Assembly: GCA_913042895.1 (NCBI GenBank)
Contig: CAJWMQ010000002.1
Location: 1 to 53,692 of the forward strand
From: an uncultured Verrucomicrobiales bacterium
GTDB lineage: Bacteria; Verrucomicrobiota; Verrucomicrobiia; Limisphaerales; UBA1100
DNA: 53,692 bases
Direction: 5' to 3'
A model generated the notes under the pieces. The model worked only from the letters and a program-made list of their open reading frames with translations, did no database searches and was not told the origin of the DNA. Positions 26,257 to 35,982 of this stretch are shown here, one piece after another. The translations under genes were made by a program, and so were the position numbers. Numbering within the stretch: the first letter of the stretch is position 1; each line of letters begins with the position of its first letter.

Positions 26257-28386
26257 TCAGGGTGAAGCCTTACCAGTATTCTCCAATGCATCCAAGACAA
26301 TTTGAGGCGTCAACACCACGGGCAACACCTCCGGTTTATTCTCACCCGGTGAATAAATAAGCACCAGCGGCACGCCCGAACGACGGTGCTCCTGCAGCAC
26401 CTTGGTGATGCGCGGGTCCTTGTTGGTGTAATCCCCCGTCATCGCCACCACCCCCTGCTTCTTCAAGACGGCGCGCACGGATTCAATCTCGATGGAGGTC
26501 CGCTTGTTCGCCTTGCAAGTAATGCACCAGTCCGCAGTGAAATCAATCAACACTGGTTTGCCCGCGGCCCGAGCCTCCTGCTCAGCTTCCGGACTCCAGG
26601 CCGTCCATTGAATGGTATCATCCCGTGTCTGCCGCCAGTCCAACCCCCATTCCATCGCCAAACCGTATCCGGAAAGCAATAACACCCCACAAGCCACCAG
26701 CGGCTTCAGACTCATGGAGGCCGCGCGTTGTTTAAACTCCCCAAACACCCACGCCGCCAGCGCCACAAACACCAGTAACACTCCCAACCACAACACACCG
26801 CCATTGCCGAACATTGGTCCGGTGAACGATAGAATCCAAATACCGGCCGCCAACATCGGGAAGCCCATGATCATTTTAAACTGCACCATCCAGTCACCCG
26901 GTTTCGGTAGAAACTTCAGCCAATCCGGCCGGAAGCTCAGGACCACATAAGGCGAGGCCAAGCCGAATGCCACCGCGCTCATGGCCGCGACAATCGTCCA
27001 CTGTCCCTGCGTCAATGCCACACCCATTGCCCCAGCCAGAAACGGCGCCGTGCACGGTGTGGCCAAGGCCGTGGCCAGCACGCCGTTGAAGAAAGCGCCC
27101 ATAAACCCTTCCCGACTGGACAGCGCGCTGGCCTTGGTCATCGCGCCGCCGCCCAAAGTCACTTCAAACACTCCAAATAAATTCAACGCCACCAGCACCA
27201 CCACGAGCAACAGCACGAGGTTGAAGTACGGGTTTTGCATTTGCATCCCCCACGACGCCATTTGCGTGGTGTTCTTGGCTGAAATCAATACGCCGGCCAG
27301 CGCCAGAAACGACGCCCACACGCCTAAAGCATAAGTCAGCCCCAGCTTGCGCACGCGCTTTGGCGATTCCTGGCTTTGCTGGACGAACCCGAGGATCTTT
27401 AAGGAGATCACCGGCAGCACACACGGCATGATGTTCAGGATCAAGCCGCCCAAAAACGCGCCACCCAAAATCAGCCAGATCGATCGAACCGACTCATCAG
27501 TCGGTGAACCGCCGGCCGTTCCCTCACCGTCTCCCACCTGCACTTTCGTCCGATAGCCCTGCACCGCGCCATCCAGCTCCACGCGCAACACGCCGGAGAT
27601 CACCGCCGGCCATTCGCCTTGCTCGCTCTCCACTGTTTTCCGGATCAACGTGTTCTCTGCCTTAATGACCTGCACAGATTCATGGGAAATCTTCCACACC
27701 TTACCCTCAGTGCCGTCCGGGATAAACGCTACCACGGCGCCTTTGCCAAATGGCGCCTCAATAGTGATCTCGCGCTTGCCTTCCACGGGTTTGCCCGTCC
27801 AACCGGCTGGGATCGCCGGTAACGCTTGAGCGTCCGGCAGCTTCTTTCGCCATGTCCCGAACAAATCCGCAACAGGCCCCGGCTCGGTGACCTCTCCCAC
27901 GACCAGAGTCGCCGACACTTGTTTATCACCGGGCAGACATGACTCCTCGCACTCCAGCCATTCCACTTTGCCTTTCAGCACATATTCGCCAGGCTTTACA
28001 TCGGCAGAAAGTTTCAAGGGGATCATCAACAAGACGTCGTGATGGTAGGCGTAGGTAAACATCTCCAGCCATTCCACCTTCTCCGGCACCGGCCATTGAA
28101 TCGCGCCGGCGGTAATGCCCTCCGGAAGGTTCTCCCACGTCATCCTGGTGGGATCGCCGCTGTCGCCGGGGTTCAGCCAGTAGGTATGCCACTTATCCGG
28201 CATGCGAAGGTGCAAGCCGACTGTCACGGTCGTGCCCGGTTTGGCTTGAGCCGGTTCCACCAGCAGATCGACCTTGGTCTTGGCCGAGAAATCATCCTCC
28301 GGCGGCCCCAGCAAGGTACCAAGCGCGTCCTGCGCATGGAGGACGCCGCCGGTCAGAATCAGAAATGAAAGCAGGAAGCGTTTCAT
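26257..28386 (-). CDS. dsbD: Thiol:disulfide interchange protein DsbD-like (N-terminal domain, CcdA-type TM core and C-terminal thioredoxin)
   Basis: TM-core Cys motifs NIMPCVLPV and TPCTAPF, and a C-terminal thioredoxin DWCITCK. Signal peptide MKRFLLSFLILTGGVLHAQ from the ATG at 28386. Confidence 0.85.
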   Translation of the reverse strand: MKRFLLSFLILTGGVLHAQDALGTLLGPPEDDFSAKTKVDLLVEPAQAKPGTTVTVGLHLRMPDKWHTYWLNPGDSGDPTRMTWENLPEGITAGAIQWPVPEKVEWLEMFTYAYHHDVLLMIPLKLSADVKPGEYVLKGKVEWLECEESCLPGDKQVSATLVVGEVTEPGPVADLFGTWRKKLPDAQALPAIPAGWTGKPVEGKREITIEAPFGKGAVVAFIPDGTEGKVWKISHESVQVIKAENTLIRKTVESEQGEWPAVISGVLRVELDGAVQGYRTKVQVGDGEGTAGGSPTDESVRSIWLILGGAFLGGLILNIMPCVLPVISLKILGFVQQSQESPKRVRKLGLTYALGVWASFLALAGVLISAKNTTQMASWGMQMQNPYFNLVLLLVVVLVALNLFGVFEVTLGGGAMTKASALSSREGFMGAFFNGVLATALATPCTAPFLAGAMGVALTQGQWTIVAAMSAVAFGLASPYVVLSFRPDWLKFLPKPGDWMVQFKMIMGFPMLAAGIWILSFTGPMFGNGGVLWLGVLLVFVALAAWVFGEFKQRAASMSLKPLVACGVLLLSGYGLAMEWGLDWRQTRDDTIQWTAWSPEAEQEARAAGKPVLIDFTADWCITCKANKRTSIEIESVRAVLKKQGVVAMTGDYTNKDPRITKVLQEHRRSGVPLVLIYSPGENKPEVLPVVLTPQIVLDALENTGKASP

Positions 28387-28461
28387 CGGCGGAGAGCTTT
28401 CCAAAAATAACCGCGTTTTGAAATGCTTTATTCAGGAGCCGGTCTGCTCTAAAATCCCTCC

Positions 28462-28851
28462 GTGCTAGCAGGTAAACGCAAAACCGAATCCAGTGGCGAC
28501 GTCAAATACCGTACGGGCGACGAGCGTCTGGTGAAGCTGACCTCCAGCGCGGCGGATAAAGTATCCGCCCTGCTCCAGCGCCAAGGCCGCCCCGAAGGCG
28601 TCCTGCGCGTCGCGGTGATGGGCGGTGGCTGCAGTGGTCTACAGTACAAAATGGATTTGCAGGATAGCCCGGCCAATCGCGACATCCTCGTGGAAAGCCA
28701 AGGCGTGCGCGTGGTGGTGGACCCCAAGAGCGCGCTGTATGTCACCGGCAGCGAACTGGATTACCGAAGCGGTCTGGAGGAATCCGGTTTCCAAGTCAAC
28801 AATCCCAACGCCGCCACCACCTGTTCCTGCGGCGAAAGCTTCAGCGCATGA
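28462..28851 (+). CDS. iscA: Iron-sulfur cluster insertion/carrier protein, IscA/ErpA/HesB family
   Basis: GGGCSGLQYKM and the C-terminal CSCGESF motif. The start is uncertain: GTG at 28462, or GTG at 28531. Confidence 0.85.
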   Translation: MLAGKRKTESSGDVKYRTGDERLVKLTSSAADKVSALLQRQGRPEGVLRVAVMGGGCSGLQYKMDLQDSPANRDILVESQGVRVVVDPKSALYVTGSELDYRSGLEESGFQVNNPNAATTCSCGESFSA

Positions 28852-29417
28852 CTGACGCCTTCGCGCTGCTGGAGTTTCCGCGCCAACCGTGGCTGGAACC
28901 CGACACTCTTAGGCAAGCGTTCCTCGTTCGCTCAACCGCCATGCACCCGGACAAATTTACGAATCCGGACGATAAGGAATCCGCTCAGGCCCGGTTTGCG
29001 GAATTGAATTTGGCGCACGATACCCTACGCGATCCCAAGCGGCGCTTGCAGCATTTGCTAACACTCGAGCGCGGACATAAACCGGAGGAAGTCCACGATA
29101 TTCTGCCCGAGACCGCCGATCTCTTTCTCGAAGTCGGTCAGCTTCTAAAACCCATCGACACCTTCCTCGCAGAACGGGAAGCCGAGACTTCGCCGCTACT
29201 GAAGGCCCAGTCCTATCCTCAAGCACTGGAATGGCTAGAAGAAACCAACACCCTGCTCAGTCGCATTCAGCAGGAATTACAGACTCTCGACGCCGCGGCA
29301 CGTGGGCTCAATGCCCAATGGGATTGCGAGGTCCTTGAGAAACTCTTTCACCAATACAGTTACCTGCAAAAATGGCAGTCCCAGCTCAATGACCGCGCCG
29401 TGAGGTTGGGGCTGTAA
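28848..29417 (+). CDS. hscB: J-domain Fe-S co-chaperone, HscB-like
   Basis: The J-domain carries an HPD tripeptide (STAMHPDKF ... LNLAHDTLRDPKRRLQHLL) and is followed by a helical C-domain. ATGA overlap with iscA. Confidence 0.7.
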   Translation: MTDAFALLEFPRQPWLEPDTLRQAFLVRSTAMHPDKFTNPDDKESAQARFAELNLAHDTLRDPKRRLQHLLTLERGHKPEEVHDILPETADLFLEVGQLLKPIDTFLAEREAETSPLLKAQSYPQALEWLEETNTLLSRIQQELQTLDAAARGLNAQWDCEVLEKLFHQYSYLQKWQSQLNDRAVRLGL

Positions 29418-29473
29418 ATTATGTGCAATTTGGTTGAATCCCTCCACGATTCAACGTATCCAATCACCATCCT

Positions 29474-30991
29474 TTGACCATGCGCACGACTTTCATTCTC
29501 CTGACGTGGACCCTAGGCCTACAAACTCTCTCCGCCCTCGATTGGCCTCAATGGCGCGGCCCAAACCGTGACGGGGTCAGCAAGGAAACGGGCCTACTGA
29601 AAAGCTGGCCGGCAGCCGGACCAGCGCGCGCCTGGATCTTCAGTAATGCCGGCGCCGGTTATTCCAGTTTCTCCATCGCCAACGGCAAGCTTTACACCAT
29701 GGGCTCCCGCCGCGGAACCGAGCAGCTGATCTGCCTAGATGCCCGCACCGGCCAGGAGCAATGGGCTGCCAACATCGGGCCCGAGCTCAAGAACAAGTGG
29801 GGAGGCGGCCCACGCGGCACACCTTCGGTGGATGGCACGCGCATTTACGCTATGGGCGGCCAAGGCAACCTGATCTGCACCGATCTCAACGGCCGCATCC
29901 AATGGCAGACCAGCATGAACCGGCTCGGCGGCAAGACGCCCGGCTGGGGTTACACCGAGAGCGTGTTGGTCGACGGCAACCTCGTTATTGCAACCCCCGG
30001 CGGTAATCAGGGCGCCGTGGCTGCATTCAACAAACAAACCGGCCTAGTCGCTTGGCGCAGCGAACAGTTTAAGGATGGCGCCCAATATTCCTCGGTCATC
30101 GCCGTCAATCACAACGGCGTCCGCCAATACATTCAGTTGACCCAACAAAACGTGGTTGGCCTCGACGCCCGCAACGGCAATGTGCTCTGGAAGTCCTCTT
30201 GGCCCGGCCGCACCGCGGTGATACCCACACCCATTTTCAGCAATGGAAATGTCTATATTAGCAGCGGCTACGGCGTTGGCTGCAAGGTGGTGAATGTCGG
30301 CGCCAGCAATCGTGTGCGCGATGTCTGGCAAAACAAGGTGATGCAAAACCACCACGGCGGCGTGATCCAGCTCGGCCAGCACGTCTACGGCTTTGGAGAC
30401 GGCCGCGGCTTGGTTTGCCAGAAACTGTCCAATGGTGAAGAGGTTTGGACCGGCGATCGTTCCCTGCGGAAAGGCGCCATTACCATTGCCGACGGCATGA
30501 TCATAGCCGTTAACGAATCCGACGGCACGGTGGCCCTCGCGCCGGCCACCCCGAACGGCTTCCGCATGACTGGCAAGTTCCGCCTGCAACCGCAGTCAAG
30601 CATCCGCAGCCGTAGCGGCAAGGTGTGGACCCACCCTGTGGTCGCCAACGGCCGCCTATACCTGCGCGATCAGGAACACATCTACTGCCACTTCGTCGGC
30701 AGTAACGGCCCCGGCGGTGTTGGTATTTCCTCTGGCCCGCCCAAGCCCGCCGGCCACGTGGGCAAAACGCGCCCGTGGACGGCCAGCGTAAACAACACGT
30801 CCATTGATTTCGTTTACAAGGGCAAAACCAAGGACGTTGTGGAACAGGTCTTCGGCAAGGCCGATAAGACCCAGGGCGGCTGGCTCGGCTACACGGGCAT
30901 GAACGTCAAGGGCCCCCAAGGCGAAGCTTACACCACCGTCTGGTTTGGCATCGCCAACGGCGTGGTGCAACAAGTTCGGTTCGACAAATAA
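29474..30991 (+). CDS. PQQ-like (BamB-like) beta-propeller repeat protein with a roughly 100-aa C-terminal extension
   Basis: Signal peptide, then DWPQWRGPNRDGVS and repeated propeller blades (LYTMG, IYAMGG, VYISSGYGVGC, LYLRDQ). Confidence 0.8.
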   Translation: MTMRTTFILLTWTLGLQTLSALDWPQWRGPNRDGVSKETGLLKSWPAAGPARAWIFSNAGAGYSSFSIANGKLYTMGSRRGTEQLICLDARTGQEQWAANIGPELKNKWGGGPRGTPSVDGTRIYAMGGQGNLICTDLNGRIQWQTSMNRLGGKTPGWGYTESVLVDGNLVIATPGGNQGAVAAFNKQTGLVAWRSEQFKDGAQYSSVIAVNHNGVRQYIQLTQQNVVGLDARNGNVLWKSSWPGRTAVIPTPIFSNGNVYISSGYGVGCKVVNVGASNRVRDVWQNKVMQNHHGGVIQLGQHVYGFGDGRGLVCQKLSNGEEVWTGDRSLRKGAITIADGMIIAVNESDGTVALAPATPNGFRMTGKFRLQPQSSIRSRSGKVWTHPVVANGRLYLRDQEHIYCHFVGSNGPGGVGISSGPPKPAGHVGKTRPWTASVNNTSIDFVYKGKTKDVVEQVFGKADKTQGGWLGYTGMNVKGPQGEAYTTVWFGIANGVVQQVRFDK

Positions 30992-31017
30992 CCCCCACCC
31001 TTTCAACTAAACAAAAC

Positions 31018-32238
31018 ATGCGTACCCTCACATCCACTCTCGTGCTGGGCCTGACGCTCAGCGTGTTTGCCGCCGACTGGCCCCAATGGCGTGGGCCGAA
31101 TCGCGACGGCGTGAATCTCGAAAAAGGTCTGGCAGCCGAATGGCCCGAAGGCGGTCCCAAACTGCTCTACAAGGCAACCGGCGTTGGTGCCGGTTTTTCC
31201 AGCGTCGTGATTGCCGACGACACCGTGTACACCCTCGGCGATCTGGAAGATGCCTGCTACCTGTTCGCTCTGGATCTTAAGGGCAAACATAAGTGGAAGA
31301 GCCGCATCGGCGAACCGAAGGGCCACCGTGGCTATCCCGGCCCGCGTTCAACTCCTACCGTTGCCCATGGCCACGTGTACGCGCTCGGCCAACAGGGTGA
31401 TCTCGTGTGCGTGAGCACCGAAGGGAAGGAAGTCTGGCGCGTTAACATTCAGAACGATTACGAAGGCCGCATGATGAGCGGCTGGCGCTGGAGTGAATCC
31501 CCGCTGGTGGACGACGGTAAAGTGGTCGTGACCCCCGGCGGCGACAAGGGCGCCGTGCTCGCGCTGGACGCCAAGACCGGCAAACAAGCGTGGCGCTGCG
31601 AAGGCCTCACCGATCCGGCTGGATATTCCTCGCTGATCATCCGCAAAATTGGCGACATCAAGCAGTACATCCAGCTCACCGGCAAAAGCGTGGCGGGCAT
31701 TGATGCCGGCAACGGCAAATTGCTCTGGCGCGCCGATCGCCCCGGCAAGACCGCGGTGATTTCCACGCCCATTTACGACAAAGGCACCCTATTCGTCACC
31801 AGCGCCTACGGCGTGGGCTGCAACGGGTTCAAGGTCGAGTATAAGAATAACCAGTTTGTCGCCAATGAAATCTACAAGCACGTGGGCGGCGCCGGCATGG
31901 CAAACCACCACGGCGGGGCCATCCGCGTGGGCGACTACGTCTACGGCTCCAACAGCGGACAGCTTTCCTGCCTGCGCCTGTCTGACGGCGAGGTGATGTG
32001 GAATGAACCCAGCGCCGGCAAGGGCGCCATCATTGTGGCTGACAACAAGATCATCCTTCGCACCGAGCGCGGACCGGTTTCCCTAGTGAAACTGAGCCCC
32101 ACCGGCTACGAAGAAGTTAGCCGCTTCGATCAACCGGAACGCACCCGCGCCCGGGCTTGGGCTCATCCGGTGGTGCTGGACGGCAAACTATACCTGCGTG
32201 ATCAGGACAACATGTTTGTCTACGACATCAGCCGCTAG
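31018..32238 (+). CDS. PQQ-like (BamB-like) beta-propeller repeat protein, paralog of the upstream gene
   Basis: Signal peptide, DWPQWRGPNRDGVN, then LFVTSAYGVGC, ANHHGG and LYLRDQDNMFVY. Colinear with the preceding ORF. Confidence 0.8.
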   Translation: MRTLTSTLVLGLTLSVFAADWPQWRGPNRDGVNLEKGLAAEWPEGGPKLLYKATGVGAGFSSVVIADDTVYTLGDLEDACYLFALDLKGKHKWKSRIGEPKGHRGYPGPRSTPTVAHGHVYALGQQGDLVCVSTEGKEVWRVNIQNDYEGRMMSGWRWSESPLVDDGKVVVTPGGDKGAVLALDAKTGKQAWRCEGLTDPAGYSSLIIRKIGDIKQYIQLTGKSVAGIDAGNGKLLWRADRPGKTAVISTPIYDKGTLFVTSAYGVGCNGFKVEYKNNQFVANEIYKHVGGAGMANHHGGAIRVGDYVYGSNSGQLSCLRLSDGEVMWNEPSAGKGAIIVADNKIILRTERGPVSLVKLSPTGYEEVSRFDQPERTRARAWAHPVVLDGKLYLRDQDNMFVYDISR

Positions 32239-32264
32239 AACATTGCGGTAACGAAAACTCTCAC

Positions 32265-32292
32265 GGCCGGCGGCAACGCCGGCCATTTTTTT
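32265..32292 (+). terminator. Intrinsic terminator after the second propeller gene
   Basis: Stem ggccggcg, loop gcaa, stem cgccggcc, followed by aTTTTTTT. It abuts the convergent uvrD stop. Confidence 0.75.
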
Positions 32293-34312
32293 AATCCAGC
32301 ATCTCCCGCATCGCGGCGAACATATCGCGCCCCTCATTGAGGCTCACCGGTTCGCTATCGATCAATTCATCGCACAACTCCTCCGGCACTTCCTTCAGGA
32401 AACTCGACGGATGACAGAGCACTTTGCTGCCGTATTTCATCCGGGTCCGGCAATGCGTGATAGCCAGTGTCTGCATGGCGCGCGTGATGGCCACGTAAAA
32501 CAGCCGCCTCTCCTCATCCAGCGTGCCCTCCTCCGCCGACCGCGAATGCGGCAGCAAACCTTCCTCCACGCCGACGAGAAACACATGCGGATACTCCAGC
32601 CCCTTGCAACTGTGCGTGGTGATCAACGTCACCATGTCCCCCTTCTCTTCCCGATCCTCCTCTCGCTCGGCGTCCAATGTGATGTCGTCCAGAAACTTAA
32701 CCAACCGGTTGGAGGGAATGAGTGTCTCCCCTTTGTTATCCATAGTGCGCGTCAGTTCGCGCAGATTACGCATGCGGTTCTCGGCATTCTCTGGATTCTT
32801 CTCCCCCTTCTTCAACTCACGCTCGTAATCAATGTCATCTAGGAATTGATCCGCCCAAGCCGATAGCTGGAGATTCTCCGCCTTCAACGGCTCGCGAAAC
32901 TCCTCCACCAAGGTCACAAATTCCTCGATCGATTTGCGCGTGCGCGGCTGGAACTCGTGAATCACCAAGTCATTTTTCATCGCCTGCCACACCGAGCATT
33001 CGCGTTCCTGACTTGCCGCCAGCAGGCGTTCCATGGTCACGTCGCTCAGGCCGCGCACCGGCACATTGGCAATACGCAACAGGCTGGCGTCGTCGTTTGG
33101 ATTAACCATGGTTTTCATGTAGGCGAGAAAATCCCGTATCTCGCGCCGATCAAAAAAGCTCTGGCCGCCGATCAGATTATATCGCACCTGCGCCTTGCGC
33201 AGCGCCGTCTCCAGCGGCCGGGCCTGGATGTTCGTGCGAAAGAGAATGGCGTGTTCCTTCCACGGAATCCGTTTGCCCATACGGTTAAATTCAATCTCCC
33301 CCACAATCGCCTCGGCCTCCTGTTCCTCATCCTCAAACGACTGTAGCCGAATCATTTCGCCCTGACCCTTGGCGCTCCACAACTGCTTGGGCCGGCGTTG
33401 GGGATTATTCTTAATGACCGCGTTGGCCGCATCTAGAATCACCCGGGTGGAGCGGTAATTTTGTTCCAACTTAATAACTTTGATCTCCGGATAATCCTTC
33501 TCCAAATCGAGAATATTGGAAATCTCCGCCCCGCGCCAGCCGTAGATGCTTTGGTCGTCATCGCCCACCACGCACACATTCCGGTGTTCCTTGGCGAGCA
33601 GATGCATCAACTCGTACTGGGCGGCGTTGGTGTCCTGATACTCATCCACCGTCACATACTGATAACGTTGCCGGGATTCCTCCAGTGCGTCTGGATGTTC
33701 CTGAAATAGCTTCAAGGTAAGCACTAGCAGGTCATCGAAATCCACCGCGTTGGCGGCCTTGAGGGCGGTGTCATAGCGACTGCGAATATGATCTGCCATA
33801 GCCACCGCCTCTTCGCTACCGAAAATCTTTCCGGCCCCGCTGGAGCCGGCATTCTTCAGGCGGCTGAGCAGGCCATGCAGTTCCCGCGGATCCGCCTTCA
33901 CATCCTTGCCGGAAATGGCGCTCAGGATTTTTTTGACCACCCCGAGCTGTTCGCTTTCGTTGTAGATCACGAAATTACGTTTGTAGCCCAGCTTGGTGAT
34001 GTGCCGGCGCAAAATCCGAACACACAGGGAATGAAACGTACACACCGTCGGCTTCAGCGGCTTGCCGTCATCGCGCGTGGGCCCTTTGGGGATGAGCTTG
34101 TTGACGCGCTGTAACATCTCGCGCGCGGCCTTGTTGGTGAAGGTGACTGCCAGAATGTTCTCCGGCGAGATGCCCTGATCGACCATGTGCGCCACCCGAT
34201 GCGTCACCGTGTTGGTTTTGCCCGTACCGGCCCCGGCCAGAATCAACACCGGCCCGCGAATGGTCTCCGCGGCGATGCGTTGCTCAGGATTCAGGCGACT
34301 CAGATTGGCCAT
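32291..34312 (-). CDS. uvrD: ATP-dependent DNA helicase, UvrD/PcrA/Rep family
   Basis: LNPEQRIAAE, AGAGTGKT, VTFTNKAAREM, VDEYQDTN, QNYRS and TTHSCKGLEYPHVFL motifs. Confidence 0.95.
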   Translation of the reverse strand: MANLSRLNPEQRIAAETIRGPVLILAGAGTGKTNTVTHRVAHMVDQGISPENILAVTFTNKAAREMLQRVNKLIPKGPTRDDGKPLKPTVCTFHSLCVRILRRHITKLGYKRNFVIYNESEQLGVVKKILSAISGKDVKADPRELHGLLSRLKNAGSSGAGKIFGSEEAVAMADHIRSRYDTALKAANAVDFDDLLVLTLKLFQEHPDALEESRQRYQYVTVDEYQDTNAAQYELMHLLAKEHRNVCVVGDDDQSIYGWRGAEISNILDLEKDYPEIKVIKLEQNYRSTRVILDAANAVIKNNPQRRPKQLWSAKGQGEMIRLQSFEDEEQEAEAIVGEIEFNRMGKRIPWKEHAILFRTNIQARPLETALRKAQVRYNLIGGQSFFDRREIRDFLAYMKTMVNPNDDASLLRIANVPVRGLSDVTMERLLAASQERECSVWQAMKNDLVIHEFQPRTRKSIEEFVTLVEEFREPLKAENLQLSAWADQFLDDIDYERELKKGEKNPENAENRMRNLRELTRTMDNKGETLIPSNRLVKFLDDITLDAEREEDREEKGDMVTLITTHSCKGLEYPHVFLVGVEEGLLPHSRSAEEGTLDEERRLFYVAITRAMQTLAITHCRTRMKYGSKVLCHPSSFLKEVPEELCDELIDSEPVSLNEGRDMFAAMREMLD

Positions 34313-34372
34313 GGGCGGGGGTTGTTAACCCAAGACCCCTGTGTGTTCCAATGGGAAATTAGTCACAGACGA

Positions 34373-34849
34373 TTAACCCTGCCGCTCCAAGTCTTCCGCC
34401 AGAAACTGTGCGACGTCTTTGAATTTCGGCACGTTATCCGGATTGACCTCCATGAGAAGTTTATGAGCTTCCAGACTGGCCTCGGTCAGCGCGCGCTTGT
34501 CCGTCTTTGTGCTGCCGGCCGCTTCCAGTCGGTCATCGAAGGGATTGACGCCCTGCCCGACAGACATGAGATCCAACACACCCAAATTCTCCAACAGATC
34601 GGTCACCCGCTCACAGGGATTGAGCAGCTCAATACGGTCCAGTTTGCCCGTGAGCCCGACCAGAATTCCAAGAAACGTGCTGTCCATATTCGGGCACGCT
34701 GCGAGATCAAGCAGCAACACGCGCCCGCCCGCGTCGCAGCACTGGGTGGCCACAGATTTAAAATCCACGCTCACGGCGAAATTCGCCGAGCCTTCCACGC
34801 GTACGCAGGCTACAGACTCGGTCACGGCCACCTGAAGCTGGGTGGTCAT
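34373..34849 (-). CDS. STAS-domain (anti-sigma-factor-antagonist-like) protein with a helical C-terminal extension
   Basis: VRVEGSANF...LLLDLAACPNMDSTFLGILVG...ELLNPCERVTDLLENLG fits the SpoIIAA/STAS pattern. The ATG at 34849 forms a TGATG overlap with the holA stop. Confidence 0.6.
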   Translation of the reverse strand: MTTQLQVAVTESVACVRVEGSANFAVSVDFKSVATQCCDAGGRVLLLDLAACPNMDSTFLGILVGLTGKLDRIELLNPCERVTDLLENLGVLDLMSVGQGVNPFDDRLEAAGSTKTDKRALTEASLEAHKLLMEVNPDNVPKFKDVAQFLAEDLERQG

Positions 34850-35982
34850 CACGCGGCTTCTGCCTCCCGAATCAGGATTTGAGTCAGAGCCTGCTGCAAC
34901 ACAAAGGATTCATCCAGTGAACTGGACACCAATCGCCGGTTGCATTGCATTAGCAAATCCAGTGCCCGTATCAGTTCGCCGCGCGAATAATTTCGGGCCT
35001 GATTAGTGGCGCTAAACAGGACATATGGGTGCAATCCAAGTGGACTGATCCGTCGATCATCCGCGAACGCATCCGCCGGCAGGTTGTCCAGCTGCGATTT
35101 AAACTGCGGATAATTCCGAGCCGGCTTCACCCAGCCCGCATCAAGCAATTCGCGCGCGAACAACAGTGAACGCACCTTGCTGACTAGCCCAGCCAAGAGG
35201 CCGATCACCGATTTCTTGCGATCGGTCTTGGCTGCCCACAAATCCTCGTCCAAACGCCGAAGCACCTTAGGCAGATTCCGTTCCCCCACCGCGTCACCCA
35301 GCGCGAAGGCCTTGGCGAGCTTGCCTTGCGAGACAATCGCCCGGACATCCTCCGACGTGATCTCGGTGCGGTCGCCCACGTAAATTGAAAGCTTCTCGCA
35401 TTCACTGGCCAAGGCGCGCGTGTCCGGCCCGACCATATGGGCAAGCTCCGTCACAGCCCGATAATCCGGTTTCTTTTTCAGGGCCTTAAGTTTCGCCCCG
35501 ATCAACTGCTCAGCCTTGGCCTGCCATTCCTTGTCATCCACACTCAAGGCGGCAAACTCCTCAGTGTGCCCGAGCTTGGAGACGGTTTTATAAAACGTCT
35601 TACGCTTGTCCGCCTTGGCGCCGCTGAGCACGAGCCGCACGCCGGCCCAGTCGAAGGTCTTTAGCTTGGCCGCCAGATCGACTAATCCGGAACTGACATC
35701 ATTGGCCTTAGCAGTCCGGTCGTCCCCAAGAAAATTACAGTCCTTGAACCAGACCACTTTGCCGCCGCCAAAAAACGGCAGGGTATCAATGGATTCATGC
35801 AAGCGACCGAGCGCCTTGACGGCATCCCCGGCGTTGGCGGAATGCGACTCGATGATCTCGTTATCCTCACCGCCTTCGGCTTCGCACCAGCCGTGGTAGA
35901 TTTGCCGCGCGCGCTGGGCCACGGCAAAATCGTCGTCACCGTGCACGAATGCCAGAGGGCCCTCCGGCAGCGCCTTACTCAT
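34849..35982 (-). CDS. holA: DNA polymerase III subunit delta
   Basis: TLPFFGGGKVVWFKD, and GPDTRALASECEKLSIYVGDRTEITSEDVRAIV, fit the HolA pattern. Start taken at the ATG at 35982 (the ORF extends to 36027). Confidence 0.75.
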   Translation of the reverse strand: MSKALPEGPLAFVHGDDDFAVAQRARQIYHGWCEAEGGEDNEIIESHSANAGDAVKALGRLHESIDTLPFFGGGKVVWFKDCNFLGDDRTAKANDVSSGLVDLAAKLKTFDWAGVRLVLSGAKADKRKTFYKTVSKLGHTEEFAALSVDDKEWQAKAEQLIGAKLKALKKKPDYRAVTELAHMVGPDTRALASECEKLSIYVGDRTEITSEDVRAIVSQGKLAKAFALGDAVGERNLPKVLRRLDEDLWAAKTDRKKSVIGLLAGLVSKVRSLLFARELLDAGWVKPARNYPQFKSQLDNLPADAFADDRRISPLGLHPYVLFSATNQARNYSRGELIRALDLLMQCNRRLVSSSLDESFVLQQALTQILIREAEAA

